A stretch of DNA of 64,000 nucleotides, taken from the IMG/VR virus record IMGVR_UViG_3300025730_000007, positions 21,195 to 85,194 of that record, one strand, 5' to 3'. This document shows positions 18,188 through 27,370 of this stretch, one piece after another. Position 1 is the first letter of the stretch, and the number at the start of each line of letters is the position of its first letter. This DNA comes from a virus. Its lineage: Duplodnaviria; Caudoviricetes. Position numbers and translations under genes: made by a program. The notes under the pieces were generated by a model. The model was given only the letters and a program-made list of their open reading frames with translations. It did no database searches and was not told the DNA's origin.

Positions 18188-20275
18188 ATGGCCGGCCCCA
18201 AGCGGCCCACCAGAGGCTCGGCAGGCTCCCCGGCCCCCCAACCCCCGGCCAAGCCTGCCAAGCCTCCTAGCCCCCGAACACGAGCCGGCAAGCCGGCGAA
18301 GCCGGGAGGGGTGGCAACCCCTGCCACGGTTCGCACGGAGCAAGCCAAGGAGCGTGTCATTCGGGCGACCATTCTCAATCGTCAGCAAGCGTTCACCTAT
18401 GCCAACCAAGTCGGAGTAGACCGGGTGGTCAGTGTGCTACGTCGGGCCATGGCTGACTTGGAGCTACGCCTCGCCACGGTTCCCCGCTCGCTCATTGTCG
18501 AGGGGGCATTCACCCCGACTGCCATGCGGGCGACAATGCATCAGATCGAAGACCTCATTGCCGAGTTGGTTGTGCCAGGGGTGAGGGGCGCAGTCATCGA
18601 CAGCAAGCGAGTCGCCGCTGCTCTAGGCAAGGTCGACGGGTTGCGCAATCTGGTCGAGATGGATACCCGCTTTGCTGGCATCGTCTCGACCGCGCGTCTC
18701 GGCATTGCCTCCCAGCTTGACCCGTACGGCAAGGGGCCGAACGCCTCAGTGCTCAGACGCCTTGCTACCGAGTACCCCAAGGAGGCTCCCGGCAAGGGCA
18801 TCATGGAGCGCTATGGCATGGAGGTGATTGGCAAGTTTGAGGAGCGGCTCATGGTGGCGACCATCAGCGGCAAGCCGTGGACTGAGGTACGGGAAGACCT
18901 CATTAGCGAGTCTCAGTGGTTGGAGGAGAGCCCCATGTTCTGGGCTCAACGTATCGTTCGCACGGAATGCTTTACAGGGGACTCAATCGTGTCGTCTGCG
19001 ATGGTGAGGGCAGTCTACAGACGGTGGTATGAGGGGGAGATTGTGAAAGTTAGAACTCGTGGTGGACGCGAGTTCTCCGCAACCCCTAATCACCCGATGC
19101 TGACGGAACGAGGGTGGCTTGCGGCGCATCAACTCAAGGTGGGAGATAACTTGGTCTGCCACTCGTGGAATGAGGACTTTGGTTCTGCGGGAGATCAAGA
19201 TGTAGCAGGAAGACCAGCCACGATGGCTGAGGTATTCAATGCGGCGGCAACAATAGGGGTCATTGAACGGAGACGTGGAGGAAAGCCAGACTTCCACGGC
19301 GATGGGATGGAGGGCAATGTCAATATTGCGCGTCCCACAAGGCTCTTGGGGGTGGGGGAATTCACCCCTGTCACGGAGCCATTGTGTCACAAGGTCTTCA
19401 CCCCAACCGACAAGTCTGCTCTTGCCTTCTGCCCCTCGTGTGGTGGCTTGCTCCCTGTCGATGAGACTTCTCACTTGTGCGGGACTCCTGAGTTCAACGC
19501 CATTGCGTTCGAGTCTTGCGGTGATGGCTCTGTTGGAGACACCCAAGCTGGAAGCGATGTGGCTCAAGGGTTCCCCGGACTCGTAGCGAGTCACTATGCT
19601 ACGCTCGTCGAGGGGGATGGTTCGGGGGTGTCCAATGACGGCAAAGCGGTTGGTTGCGGCTTCACTTCTAGTTCGCAAGAGCCCCTCAACAATGAGCGCC
19701 TTTCTGAGACGGAACCTACCAATCCCGCATTGAAGGCTGGCGGAATCGAGGCTCTCCCCGTTGGCGTAGAGGTGGATAGCATTGTTGAGATTGTCATCGA
19801 GGACTTTGCGGGTCATGTCTACAACCTTACAACTCCGCACGGGTACTATGCAATCAATGGTATCTACACCGGCAATTGTATGGGAGCATACAACCGAAGC
19901 ATCCTTGAGAACGGCGAGGAGGCCAACGACATCGTGGGCGGCGACATGGTGAAGATCCTTGTCGCCGGCTTCGACGACCGTACGGGGTGGGATAGCTATC
20001 AGGTTCACGGACAGATACGTAGGCTGGACGAGCCGTTTGAGTGGGTGACTAAGAACGGTGAGACTATTGCTTACATGACTCCACCCAATCGGCCCAACGA
20101 CCGGGAGGTGGTAGTCTTCCACCGCGTTGCGTGGGAGATACCCGAGGAGCTTCAGCCCGTGCCCGACGCGGTGTACGAGGCGCGGTTTGCGGAGCAGAAC
20201 AAGAAGGGCAGTCCACCCGAGCGTCCGAAGATGACTACTGTTCCGCTTGGATTGTTTGGCAAGGAGAGCGCGTGA
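18188..20275 (+). CDS. minor head protein (Mu gpF / SPP1 gp7-like), intein-containing
   Basis: Follows the portal; RIVRTE, DDRT...HG...PF and PPNRPNDR motifs of the gpF family, interrupted by an intein. Confidence 0.75.
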   Translation: MAGPKRPTRGSAGSPAPQPPAKPAKPPSPRTRAGKPAKPGGVATPATVRTEQAKERVIRATILNRQQAFTYANQVGVDRVVSVLRRAMADLELRLATVPRSLIVEGAFTPTAMRATMHQIEDLIAELVVPGVRGAVIDSKRVAAALGKVDGLRNLVEMDTRFAGIVSTARLGIASQLDPYGKGPNASVLRRLATEYPKEAPGKGIMERYGMEVIGKFEERLMVATISGKPWTEVREDLISESQWLEESPMFWAQRIVRTECFTGDSIVSSAMVRAVYRRWYEGEIVKVRTRGGREFSATPNHPMLTERGWLAAHQLKVGDNLVCHSWNEDFGSAGDQDVAGRPATMAEVFNAAATIGVIERRRGGKPDFHGDGMEGNVNIARPTRLLGVGEFTPVTEPLCHKVFTPTDKSALAFCPSCGGLLPVDETSHLCGTPEFNAIAFESCGDGSVGDTQAGSDVAQGFPGLVASHYATLVEGDGSGVSNDGKAVGCGFTSSSQEPLNNERLSETEPTNPALKAGGIEALPVGVEVDSIVEIVIEDFAGHVYNLTTPHGYYAINGIYTGNCMGAYNRSILENGEEANDIVGGDMVKILVAGFDDRTGWDSYQVHGQIRRLDEPFEWVTKNGETIAYMTPPNRPNDREVVVFHRVAWEIPEELQPVPDAVYEARFAEQNKKGSPPERPKMTTVPLGLFGKESA
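18968..19876 (+). mobile_element. intein, 303 aa
   Basis: Block A CFTGDSIV, block B TPNHP, block F HVYNLTT, terminal TGN followed by Cys(+1); splicing restores RTE-CMGAYN. Confidence 0.88.
18983..19816 (-). CDS. antisense gene nested in the intein: tandem HTH plus PD-(D/E)xK/Vsr-like nuclease (putative homing endonuclease)
   Basis: ATG 19816 preceded by GGAG/TAAGG; two HTH units (LYANGESLDSAS..., RYESGEPLSHIASSLGVSNRAITARLERNG); nuclease-like EDLVTQWL..NIDIALHPIAVEV..RIEYLSHRGW. Confidence 0.72.
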   Translation of the reverse strand: MTRKVLDDNLNNAIHLYANGESLDSASLQCGIGRFRLRKALIVEGLLRTRSEAATNRFAVIGHPRTIPLDERSIVTRYESGEPLSHIASSLGVSNRAITARLERNGVELRSPAQVRSLIDREQATTRGAEGKSRLVGWGEDLVTQWLRDRGEFPHPQEPCGTRNIDIALHPIAVEVWLSSTSPFNDPYCCRRIEYLSHRGWSSCYILISRRTKVLIPRVADQVISHLELMRRKPPSFRQHRVIRGCGELASTTSSNFHNLPLIPPSVDCPHHRRRHD

Positions 20276-20359
20276 CACCGCAACACGTATTGCGGTGGAG
20301 TTGAACCAACCCCGACACCCTGATAGGCTTGCACTATGGCAAAGAAAGAAGGAGGCTAT

Positions 20360-20503
20360 ATGGGCTTTGACAAGCTCACTGAGAGCCTCAAAGAAAAGGG
20401 CCACGACGAGGACAGCGCGAAGGCACTCGCCGCTTGGATTGGGCGGAAGAAGTATGGTGCGAGTCAGATGGCGCAGATGGCGCAAGCTGGCAAGAAGGGG
20501 TGA
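20360..20503 (+). CDS. small hypothetical protein (47 aa)
   Basis: GGAGG RBS; GHDEDSAKALAAWIGRKKYG; read by hand. Confidence 0.6.
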   Translation: MGFDKLTESLKEKGHDEDSAKALAAWIGRKKYGASQMAQMAQAGKKG

Positions 20504-20506
20504 GTC

Positions 20507-20728
20507 ATGCCGTTCAAGAACATGCAAGAACCCAAAGTCACCAACGGTCCAGTCGACACCACTGAGGGCCGCGAGGGATACGGTAGCGAGTTCGACATGA
20601 TGGAGGAGCAACTCGACTACCAGCAGAGCGACCCGAACTGGCGAGCGGACGAGAAGGGGAGGCCGACCAGTGAGCCAATCGCCTACGAGGATGTCGGAGG
20701 ACGAAAGTCCTTCAAGCTCAATCAGTGA
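20507..20728 (+). CDS. small acidic hypothetical protein
   Basis: Tiled ORF in the head module. Confidence 0.55.
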   Translation: MPFKNMQEPKVTNGPVDTTEGREGYGSEFDMMEEQLDYQQSDPNWRADEKGRPTSEPIAYEDVGGRKSFKLNQ

Positions 20729-20993
20729 GCCCCTCCGCAAGTGGCTCCACCGTAGTCGCTCCAACGCTACAGCGTTGTTCCGCAGGTTGGGTGAAGAGGC
20801 CAAGACACCGCTCGACGCCTATGAGCACTTGAGACGCCGCTTGACGGGAGATGAACCGGGAGGCACTATCTCGAAACGTGTTGTCGCTCAACTTGAACGC
20901 AGCGAACGCGCGTACAAGGGATGGGAGACAAGGTGGAGCAAGGAGCAGAATGATGGAGAACGACCGCAAGCAGATGAACGACCCGAAGGATGA
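20670..20993 (+). CDS. hypothetical protein
   Basis: GGAGG 7 nt before GTG 20670; overlaps both neighbours. Confidence 0.4.
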   Translation: MSQSPTRMSEDESPSSSISEPLRKWLHRSRSNATALFRRLGEEAKTPLDAYEHLRRRLTGDEPGGTISKRVVAQLERSERAYKGWETRWSKEQNDGERPQADERPEG

Positions 20994-21132
20994 CGTCAAC
21001 CCCAAGTTCGTTCCCGAAGGTGGGGATTGCTTGTGCGACGCAATCGACGAGCATGTGAAGGAGTACCACGACGGCGACGAGTCAGCGGTCGGCAGTCTCC
21101 AGAACACGCATGTTCCCTTCAAGGTGAAGTGA
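20950..21132 (+). CDS. small acidic hypothetical protein
   Basis: AGGAG RBS before ATG 20950. Confidence 0.5.
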   Translation: MMENDRKQMNDPKDDVNPKFVPEGGDCLCDAIDEHVKEYHDGDESAVGSLQNTHVPFKVK

Positions 21133-21142
21133 GGTCGAAGCC

Positions 21143-21556
21143 ATGGGCCAGACGCGACTCGATGCCAGCCTGAGCGCTGGACCGCCGAATGCAGGGGAGT
21201 CGGTCTTCCCTGGCACGACTGCGAACATCCCTGTCAACCTCACTCCCAATCCCAAGAACTGGCAACACGCGACCGGCGTGCTCACCCGCGTTGTCAACGT
21301 GGCGACTCCCGCTTGGCTCACCCTCGACGGGGTGGGCGCGACTGCCACCATCAGCGAGTGCGGCTTGCTCTACTTCCGGTCGAGTGCACCCCTCAATCTG
21401 CGGATCACCCAGACGGTTGCCGGGGTAGGCTCCGTCGTAACCGAACACCGAGTCTATGGCTTGTTCATCTGGGAGCCCCCGGAGAGCGAGCCCCTCACTC
21501 TGCTTGAAGTGCAAGGCAACGGAACAATCGAATACTTCGCTCAGGGCCAGCGCTGA
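21143..21556 (+). CDS. putative virion structural protein
   Basis: GAGG RBS; beta-rich composition; head module. Confidence 0.55.
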   Translation: MGQTRLDASLSAGPPNAGESVFPGTTANIPVNLTPNPKNWQHATGVLTRVVNVATPAWLTLDGVGATATISECGLLYFRSSAPLNLRITQTVAGVGSVVTEHRVYGLFIWEPPESEPLTLLEVQGNGTIEYFAQGQR

Positions 21557-21595
21557 CACCCTCCCTGACCAAGTGCTCAAAGAGAGGATAGTCCA

Positions 21596-22243
21596 ATGAC
21601 CGAGAAGCTCCGCGATTCACTCAACCGCTCGGACCCCAACGTGGCTCACGACATCTTCCGCACCCTCAAGTTCGGCAACGTGCTGACCGGGTTGCGTCGG
21701 GTGGTTCGGGGGCAGAACGCGGTGACGGGCGACACCATCGTTCTCCCCAACATGGCGAAGGCCGAGCGCGTGCTCAGTGCCTATGCCCGAGCCGGCGCAG
21801 GAACTCCCGGCCCCCTCACCGTCAGTGCAACCCCGGCGACCCCCGGAGTGGGCGAGGTGGGTTGGGGCGCGACGGGCGACATCCTCTTCAATGCAGCGGA
21901 TGACTGGACGAACGTCGATGTCGAGTACGAGCCGGTCGTCAATGTGGCGGAGTTGGAGTTGGAGGGCTTCCCCGTGGTCGCCGACACTCTCACCCTCCCG
22001 GCGACTGCCGTGCAAGCCGTGATGCTCCTGCTCGTCACGGGGTATACCGCGCTCGGTGTGGCGACGCAGAAGACCGTGCTCGCCGCCGGAAGCGTCCCTG
22101 CCGCCGGTCAGTGCGCGCTCGATGCGGCGAAGGCGACCATCGCGTTCAACGCGGCGGATGCCGTGGTGCGTGCCGATGTGACCATGCTCAAGTCCGGTGT
22201 CGACATCGGTGTTCCGCTGGAGGCACTGAGCACCTTCATCTGA
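21596..22243 (+). CDS. putative head decoration/structural protein
   Basis: GAGG RBS; Ala/Gly/Val/Thr-rich; head module. Confidence 0.55.
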   Translation: MTEKLRDSLNRSDPNVAHDIFRTLKFGNVLTGLRRVVRGQNAVTGDTIVLPNMAKAERVLSAYARAGAGTPGPLTVSATPATPGVGEVGWGATGDILFNAADDWTNVDVEYEPVVNVAELELEGFPVVADTLTLPATAVQAVMLLLVTGYTALGVATQKTVLAAGSVPAAGQCALDAAKATIAFNAADAVVRADVTMLKSGVDIGVPLEALSTFI

Positions 22244-22381
22244 TCGAGAACTACGACCTAGCGGTAGCCTCACGTCCACGAGGACGGGCAGAGAGAGTGA
22301 GGCAGAGGGGGAGGTGGTTCACCCCTTCAAGTCTGCACCGCAATACGTGTTGCGGTGCATTGCCACGTTCGGGAGGCCGAC

Positions 22382-23269
22382 ATGCCAGGAGCAGAAGACG
22401 ACACCACTATCAACCAAGACCAGACTCAAGAACCGAAGGGGGCAGAGGGCACCCCGGAGTCGAAGGGGGCAGAGGGCACCCCGGAGCCGAAGGGGGCAGA
22501 CGGAGACGATGCTGGTAAGGGCAAGGGGGCAGAGGTCAAGAAGCCCGAAGGGGATGCCGATGACTCCAAGCCCGAGACTCGCAAGGCGGCAGACGGGGAT
22601 GACGTCGATGTCGACGACAAGGGCTCAGTTACTATGCCGTTCTCCTCGTTCCAGAAGCGGCTCACCCGCGCTGCGAACCAAGCAACTCGCACCGCACTCA
22701 AGGACATCTTCGGCACCGACGACGCCTCGCAGATCAAGAAGCTGGTCAAGCAAGGCAAAGAGGCACAAGCCGCACTCGACAAGACCCGCCGAGAGCAGAT
22801 GACTGAGGTCGAGAAGCTCAAGGAGGACAACGAGCGACTGAGGGCGAGGGCGGAGGAAGCAGAGGGCAAGCTCTCCACGTATGAGGAAGACCAGCTTGCC
22901 GAGAAGGGCGAGAAGGTCGTTGCTGGCATTGCTGGCAAGTTCATCAGTGGTGACTACATCGAAGACGCGGTTGCTTCGTATCAGCGTCACTTAGCAAAGA
23001 TGTCGAATGACGAACTCGATGGACTTGGCCCCAAGGATATCGAAGACTGGTTCAAGGACTATGCCGCTCGCAAGCCGGCAATGGCACGCAAGCCGGGAGA
23101 GCGGCGCAAGGTGCAAGAGCCGGCAAGCAACGGCCCCGACCCGGCCAAGAAACCCGAGCCTGCCAAGCCGGGAAGCAACTCCAGCAAGACCCCCCGGCCC
23201 AATCAACAGAACAGCATGACGAAGCAGGAGTGGGAGGAGTACAAGCGGCAACGCGGCTTGAACTTCTGA
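22382..23269 (+). CDS. capsid scaffolding protein
   Basis: Charged coiled-coil (TEVEKLKEDNERLRARAEEAE), disordered ends, directly upstream of the capsid gene. Confidence 0.7.
   Translation: MPGAEDDTTINQDQTQEPKGAEGTPESKGAEGTPEPKGADGDDAGKGKGAEVKKPEGDADDSKPETRKAADGDDVDVDDKGSVTMPFSSFQKRLTRAANQATRTALKDIFGTDDASQIKKLVKQGKEAQAALDKTRREQMTEVEKLKEDNERLRARAEEAEGKLSTYEEDQLAEKGEKVVAGIAGKFISGDYIEDAVASYQRHLAKMSNDELDGLGPKDIEDWFKDYAARKPAMARKPGERRKVQEPASNGPDPAKKPEPAKPGSNSSKTPRPNQQNSMTKQEWEEYKRQRGLNF
22433..22505 (+). repeat. 27-bp in-frame tandem repeat (about 2.6 copies, PKGAEGTPE)
   Basis: CCGAAGGGGGCAGAGGGCACCCCGGAG repeated. Confidence 0.85.
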
Positions 23270-23425
23270 TACCCCCCTACGCACAAGCCCTTGACCTCGC
23301 AATCTGTGCGGGAGTATCTTATCCGCTACGCCTCAAACCTTTCCCTCCTACGCTCACGACAGCGGTAACAGTCGGCACTCTGGGGAAGACGGCAATCAAC
23401 CGTTCAGTCTCTTGGAGGAAACACC

Positions 23426-24817
23426 ATGCCACTCGTCGTCGGAATCCCGCCCGTCATTCTCAATCTCATTCAGGAAGGTGTCTTGGAGCGCGCATTCCAC
23501 GACGCCTTGTACCCCAAGCTCCAGTTCCGAGCGGAGGCGCTCGCGGAGGAATGGCCGGCGAACATCGGTACTGAGATGTTCATGACTCGGCCCGGACTCC
23601 TCACCCCGATCACGGAACCCCTCCCGGTCGGCACCGATCCCGTTCCGCAGCAACTCAGCTACGAGCAATGGAGTGCAAGCCTGAAGCGCTACAGCGGGAC
23701 CATCGACACTCACATGCCGACGAGCGTGGTGTCGAACGCCAACCTCTTCCTCAGCAACATCAATCAGCTTGGGCTCCAAGCGGGTCAGTCGGTCAACCGG
23801 CTCCCGCGCAATGCCCTGTTCAAGTCGTACCTGAGCGGGCAGACGCTCACGACGGCGGCAATCGCTGCGGTGGATACGCAGATCCAAGTCGCCTCGTGCA
23901 ACGGCTTCTTCGACGTCATTCTGCTCGGCACGAATGCTCGTCCAGAAGCCGTGTCTCCGACTCGCCCGTTGCCCATCACCATCGGAGTCGGCGGCGGAGC
24001 CGTCCAGCGCAACGTCATCGGCGTTGCTCCCGTGGATGCGACTGACCCCTACGGACCGGGGACTCTGTTCCTCGATGCGGCGGTCGGCGCAGTCTTCCCC
24101 GCGCGTACGCCGGTTCGCAGTGCCTACGCTCCTCGCGTGGTCAGGGCGGGAGGTGGCGCGAGCATCGACGCCATCACCGGAGCGGACATCTTCACGTTCC
24201 AACTCATCATCAATGCCATGTCCATCCTGCGGTCGAACAACGTTCCTCCGCACTCCGACGGCTTCTACCATTGCCACATGAGTCCGCTGTCGAACGCGCA
24301 GATCTTCAGCGACGTTGCGTGGCAGCGACTCCACACCGGAACCCCGGATCACATCCGGTACAAGGAGGGGTGGATCGGGCAGATCGCGCGCAACGCGTTC
24401 TTCGAGAACAACGAGATTCCGAACCAGTCCAACTCGGGAGCACTGACACCGACCGGCGCGAATGCTCAGTACGCTCGCGGCATCGGCGGCGAAGTGGTCA
24501 ATGAAGGTGGCGTGGAGATCGGGCGTCTCATCATGACCGGCAAGGGCTCCATCTACGAGAAGTATCTCGACGAGATGAAGTACGTGACCGAGGCGGGAAT
24601 GCAGGGCAAGGTCGGCGAGTTCGACGTGGTGCAGAACGGCATCCAGGTCGGCACCGAGCGCATCCGTCTCTACCTCCGTTCTCCGCAGGACCGACTCGGC
24701 GACATCGTGTCCTCGACGTGGAGCATCTCGACGGACTTCCCCGTGCCGTCCGACATCAGCGGCGGAAGTGGCCCCGAGCGCTACAAGAGAGCCGTAGTCA
24801 TCGAGCATGCCCTATAA
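23426..24817 (+). CDS. major capsid protein (N4 gp56-like)
   Basis: 463 aa after the scaffold; LRSNNVPP..GFYHCHMSP..IFSD..W..EGWIGQI pattern. Confidence 0.8.
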   Translation: MPLVVGIPPVILNLIQEGVLERAFHDALYPKLQFRAEALAEEWPANIGTEMFMTRPGLLTPITEPLPVGTDPVPQQLSYEQWSASLKRYSGTIDTHMPTSVVSNANLFLSNINQLGLQAGQSVNRLPRNALFKSYLSGQTLTTAAIAAVDTQIQVASCNGFFDVILLGTNARPEAVSPTRPLPITIGVGGGAVQRNVIGVAPVDATDPYGPGTLFLDAAVGAVFPARTPVRSAYAPRVVRAGGGASIDAITGADIFTFQLIINAMSILRSNNVPPHSDGFYHCHMSPLSNAQIFSDVAWQRLHTGTPDHIRYKEGWIGQIARNAFFENNEIPNQSNSGALTPTGANAQYARGIGGEVVNEGGVEIGRLIMTGKGSIYEKYLDEMKYVTEAGMQGKVGEFDVVQNGIQVGTERIRLYLRSPQDRLGDIVSSTWSISTDFPVPSDISGGSGPERYKRAVVIEHAL

Positions 24818-24863
24818 TGCTCGATGAGTTTACATCGGCGACAATGCGGTGTAGACTCTGTGC

Positions 24864-25553
24864 ATGCGTAGGCTAATCTCTCATCCAACTCCTCAGTCCT
24901 CACCAACCGATCTCACCAACCGACGATTCGGGAAGCTCACCGCTATCACACTGAGTGGTAGTCGGCAGGGGCGAAGTCTATGTTGGGTGTGTGAGTGTGA
25001 TTGTGGAAGACGAATCGAAGTTCCGGCCAACAGACTGAGGGCGATGCGAACATGGCATTGTGGCTGTCAGGGGCATGGCAGACATGGCATGGTAGGAACC
25101 AAAGTCTACCGCGCATGGCAGGCTATGAAGGAGCGATGCCACAATCCCAATCACGCGGAGTTCCACAATTACGGAGGCAGGGGAATCAAGGTGTGTGACG
25201 AATGGCGCGATGACTTTCTCGCGTTCTATGAACACATAGGAGATCCCCCAACTGATAAGCACACTATCGACCGCATTGACTTCGACGGTGACTATGAGCC
25301 TGACAACATGCGATGGGCAACACCCAAGGAGCAGGCGAGGAACCAACGAAGCAATCGACTCGTGGTCTACAAGGGGCAGAGTCGATGTGTGAATGAATGG
25401 GCAGAGATTCTAGGCATCAAACCAATTACACTCTACTTCAGGTTGAGGAATGGATGGTCTGTGGAGCGAGCGTTTGAGGAGCCTGTTCAATCAAGACGTA
25501 TACGTTCTCAATCGCTAGCCCTTGCCGCAATACGTGTTGCGGTGATAGGCTAG
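24864..25553 (+). CDS. HNH homing endonuclease
   Basis: RFGKLT..CECDCG..CGC..WQAMKERC..YGGRGIKVC..IDRIDFDGDYEPDNMRWAT..QARN. Confidence 0.88.
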   Translation: MRRLISHPTPQSSPTDLTNRRFGKLTAITLSGSRQGRSLCWVCECDCGRRIEVPANRLRAMRTWHCGCQGHGRHGMVGTKVYRAWQAMKERCHNPNHAEFHNYGGRGIKVCDEWRDDFLAFYEHIGDPPTDKHTIDRIDFDGDYEPDNMRWATPKEQARNQRSNRLVVYKGQSRCVNEWAEILGIKPITLYFRLRNGWSVERAFEEPVQSRRIRSQSLALAAIRVAVIG

Positions 25554-25592
25554 CTTCGCAGCAGCATAACCACACTGGCAAGGAGGCCACGA

Positions 25593-25922
25593 ATGGCACG
25601 CAACACGATTCAGCACGAGCACACTCCCCCCGAGGGAGGCAAGGTCGAGACGGGTGGGGTTCCCATCACTGGGCTCGACTCCGTACCCGAGGGGCAGATT
25701 CCGTCCGAGGCTCCGGTGATGCGGGCGAGTGTCGCCAAGTCCAACCCCAAGGTCAAAGACGTTCCACCCCCCAAGCGCTACATCGTAGTCAAGCAAGCGG
25801 CAGTCCTGCTCGACGGCTCCCGCTCGACGTTGCCCGAAGGCAAGGTGCTCGATAGTCTCAACTATGACATCGACCACCTCAAGCGCTTGGGGGTCAAGCT
25901 CCAACCCTACACTGAGGAGTAA
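25593..25922 (+). CDS. hypothetical virion-module protein
   Basis: AGGAGG RBS. Confidence 0.6.
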   Translation: MARNTIQHEHTPPEGGKVETGGVPITGLDSVPEGQIPSEAPVMRASVAKSNPKVKDVPPPKRYIVVKQAAVLLDGSRSTLPEGKVLDSLNYDIDHLKRLGVKLQPYTEE

Positions 25923-25927
25923 GCTCC

Positions 25928-26320
25928 ATGGCATTCACTGACGCCGACAAGGCGAAGATCCGTCACCACATGGGCTATCTCAATGTCAGTGAGGTGCAGA
26001 CCTTCGCGCTCGGCGTCCCCGCCGCGTTGGAGACTCAGTATCTCATTGAAGGTGCGATGAACCGCGTGCTCGCGGCGGCAGAGGTGCAAGCCAAGAACAT
26101 CGTCGCCAAGATGGATATCATCGAGGAGCAGATGACTGCGGACTTGGAGTTGCTCGCAGTCACCAAGGTGGCGGAGATTGAGATTGACCCCAAGGAGATG
26201 CCGAAGCTCCGCCGTGAATACCGCTTCTGGCAACGCACCCTCGGGAACCTTCTCGGTATCCCGCCCAACCCCTACGACCAGCGCTTCACGAACTCCCTCA
26301 GTGTCCCCGTTCAGCACTAG
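25928..26320 (+). CDS. putative head-tail adaptor
   Basis: GAGGAG RBS; size and position; helical. Confidence 0.55.
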   Translation: MAFTDADKAKIRHHMGYLNVSEVQTFALGVPAALETQYLIEGAMNRVLAAAEVQAKNIVAKMDIIEEQMTADLELLAVTKVAEIEIDPKEMPKLRREYRFWQRTLGNLLGIPPNPYDQRFTNSLSVPVQH

Positions 26321-26357
26321 CCTTCACACCTCGCCCGCTACGCGGTAGTCTACAGAC

Positions 26358-26879
26358 ATGCCGCGACCGAAAGCCCTCAGTCCCGATGAAGCCAAGCGCA
26401 CTCTGGTCCACCGCTTTGGACCACGGGTCAATCGGCTGCGACAGATTGCCGTGCGCTTCGGCTTGCGCCCCTATCGCGTCTGGCTCGTTTGGTTCCAGTG
26501 GACTGGCGAGCAGATTGGCGAAGGTGAGAGACAAGAGGTCAAGCGCGAGGAGATTCTCCCCACCCCCGAACTCACCCTCAATACCCGCTTCCAATGGCTC
26601 AATGTCGGGCGCGTCGAAGACGGTCAGTTCTTGCTCCGCAAGGTGGACCCCACCTTGGGTGAAGCGTTGCTCGCCGGCAGACTCTACCCCGGCTTGGTCA
26701 CTGGCTCGCCTTGCCCCGCAGAGGGTGGCCTCCCTACGAGCTTCCTGTTCCTGGTCAAAGAGGACGGCAGGAGTGGCCCCGATGTGGTGGAGCGCTGGTT
26801 CACGCTGTCGAGCATGCCATACCGCAAGGCCGGACTCCTCGATTGGGACATCCAACTAACGCAAGTGATGCATCAATGA
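26358..26879 (+). CDS. putative head closure protein
   Basis: Position after the adaptor; beta-rich. Confidence 0.5.
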   Translation: MPRPKALSPDEAKRTLVHRFGPRVNRLRQIAVRFGLRPYRVWLVWFQWTGEQIGEGERQEVKREEILPTPELTLNTRFQWLNVGRVEDGQFLLRKVDPTLGEALLAGRLYPGLVTGSPCPAEGGLPTSFLFLVKEDGRSGPDVVERWFTLSSMPYRKAGLLDWDIQLTQVMHQ

Positions 26880-27370
26880 CGACCATCAAGATTGACCGCT
26901 TGTCTGCCGCGTTCGGGCGCATGTTCGAGTCGTACCGTGCGGCTCAGAAGCGCGGGTTGCTCAACGCGGCAATCAAGGGGCAGTCGTGGATCGTCACCAA
27001 GATACTCCCGAGCATTGAGCCCTATCCACCGTTCGACATGGGGGCATTCAGGGCGGGTTGGAACTTCAAAGCAACCGAGGACGGGGCAATCATCTTCAAC
27101 CCTGTTCCCCATGCTCCGTTCATCAACTTCGGTGTCCCCAAGCCGAGAGTGTCTGGGAGGCACCTTGTCGAATGGGTCATTCGGAAGAACATCGCAGACT
27201 CGAAGAATGCCCCGCGCGTTGCGTGGTTGATTGCACGCAAGATCAATGCAAGGGGTCTGTTCACTGACCCTCAATTCCGAATCACCCAGAGGGTGGTTGA
27301 CGAGTTCCTGGTCAAAGAGGTTGCGGCTCAGATTGTTGCCGAGTTGCAGAAGGTGGGGTGGAAGCCGTGA
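26876..27370 (+). CDS. putative neck / tail completion protein
   Basis: ATGA overlap; PFDMGAFRAGW resembles the HK97 gp10-like P-x-D-T-G-x-L-R motif. Confidence 0.5.
   Translation: MTTIKIDRLSAAFGRMFESYRAAQKRGLLNAAIKGQSWIVTKILPSIEPYPPFDMGAFRAGWNFKATEDGAIIFNPVPHAPFINFGVPKPRVSGRHLVEWVIRKNIADSKNAPRVAWLIARKINARGLFTDPQFRITQRVVDEFLVKEVAAQIVAELQKVGWKP

Noticed and set aside
19160-19780. Canonical LAGLIDADG or HNH domain in the intein sense frame
   Set aside because: No such motifs are present in the plus-strand translation.
19817-20803. Upstream 329 codons of the 606-aa minus-strand ORF 18983..20803
   Set aside because: They overlap several plus-strand genes and read as shadow text. Motif content and an SD-like sequence begin only at ATG 19816.
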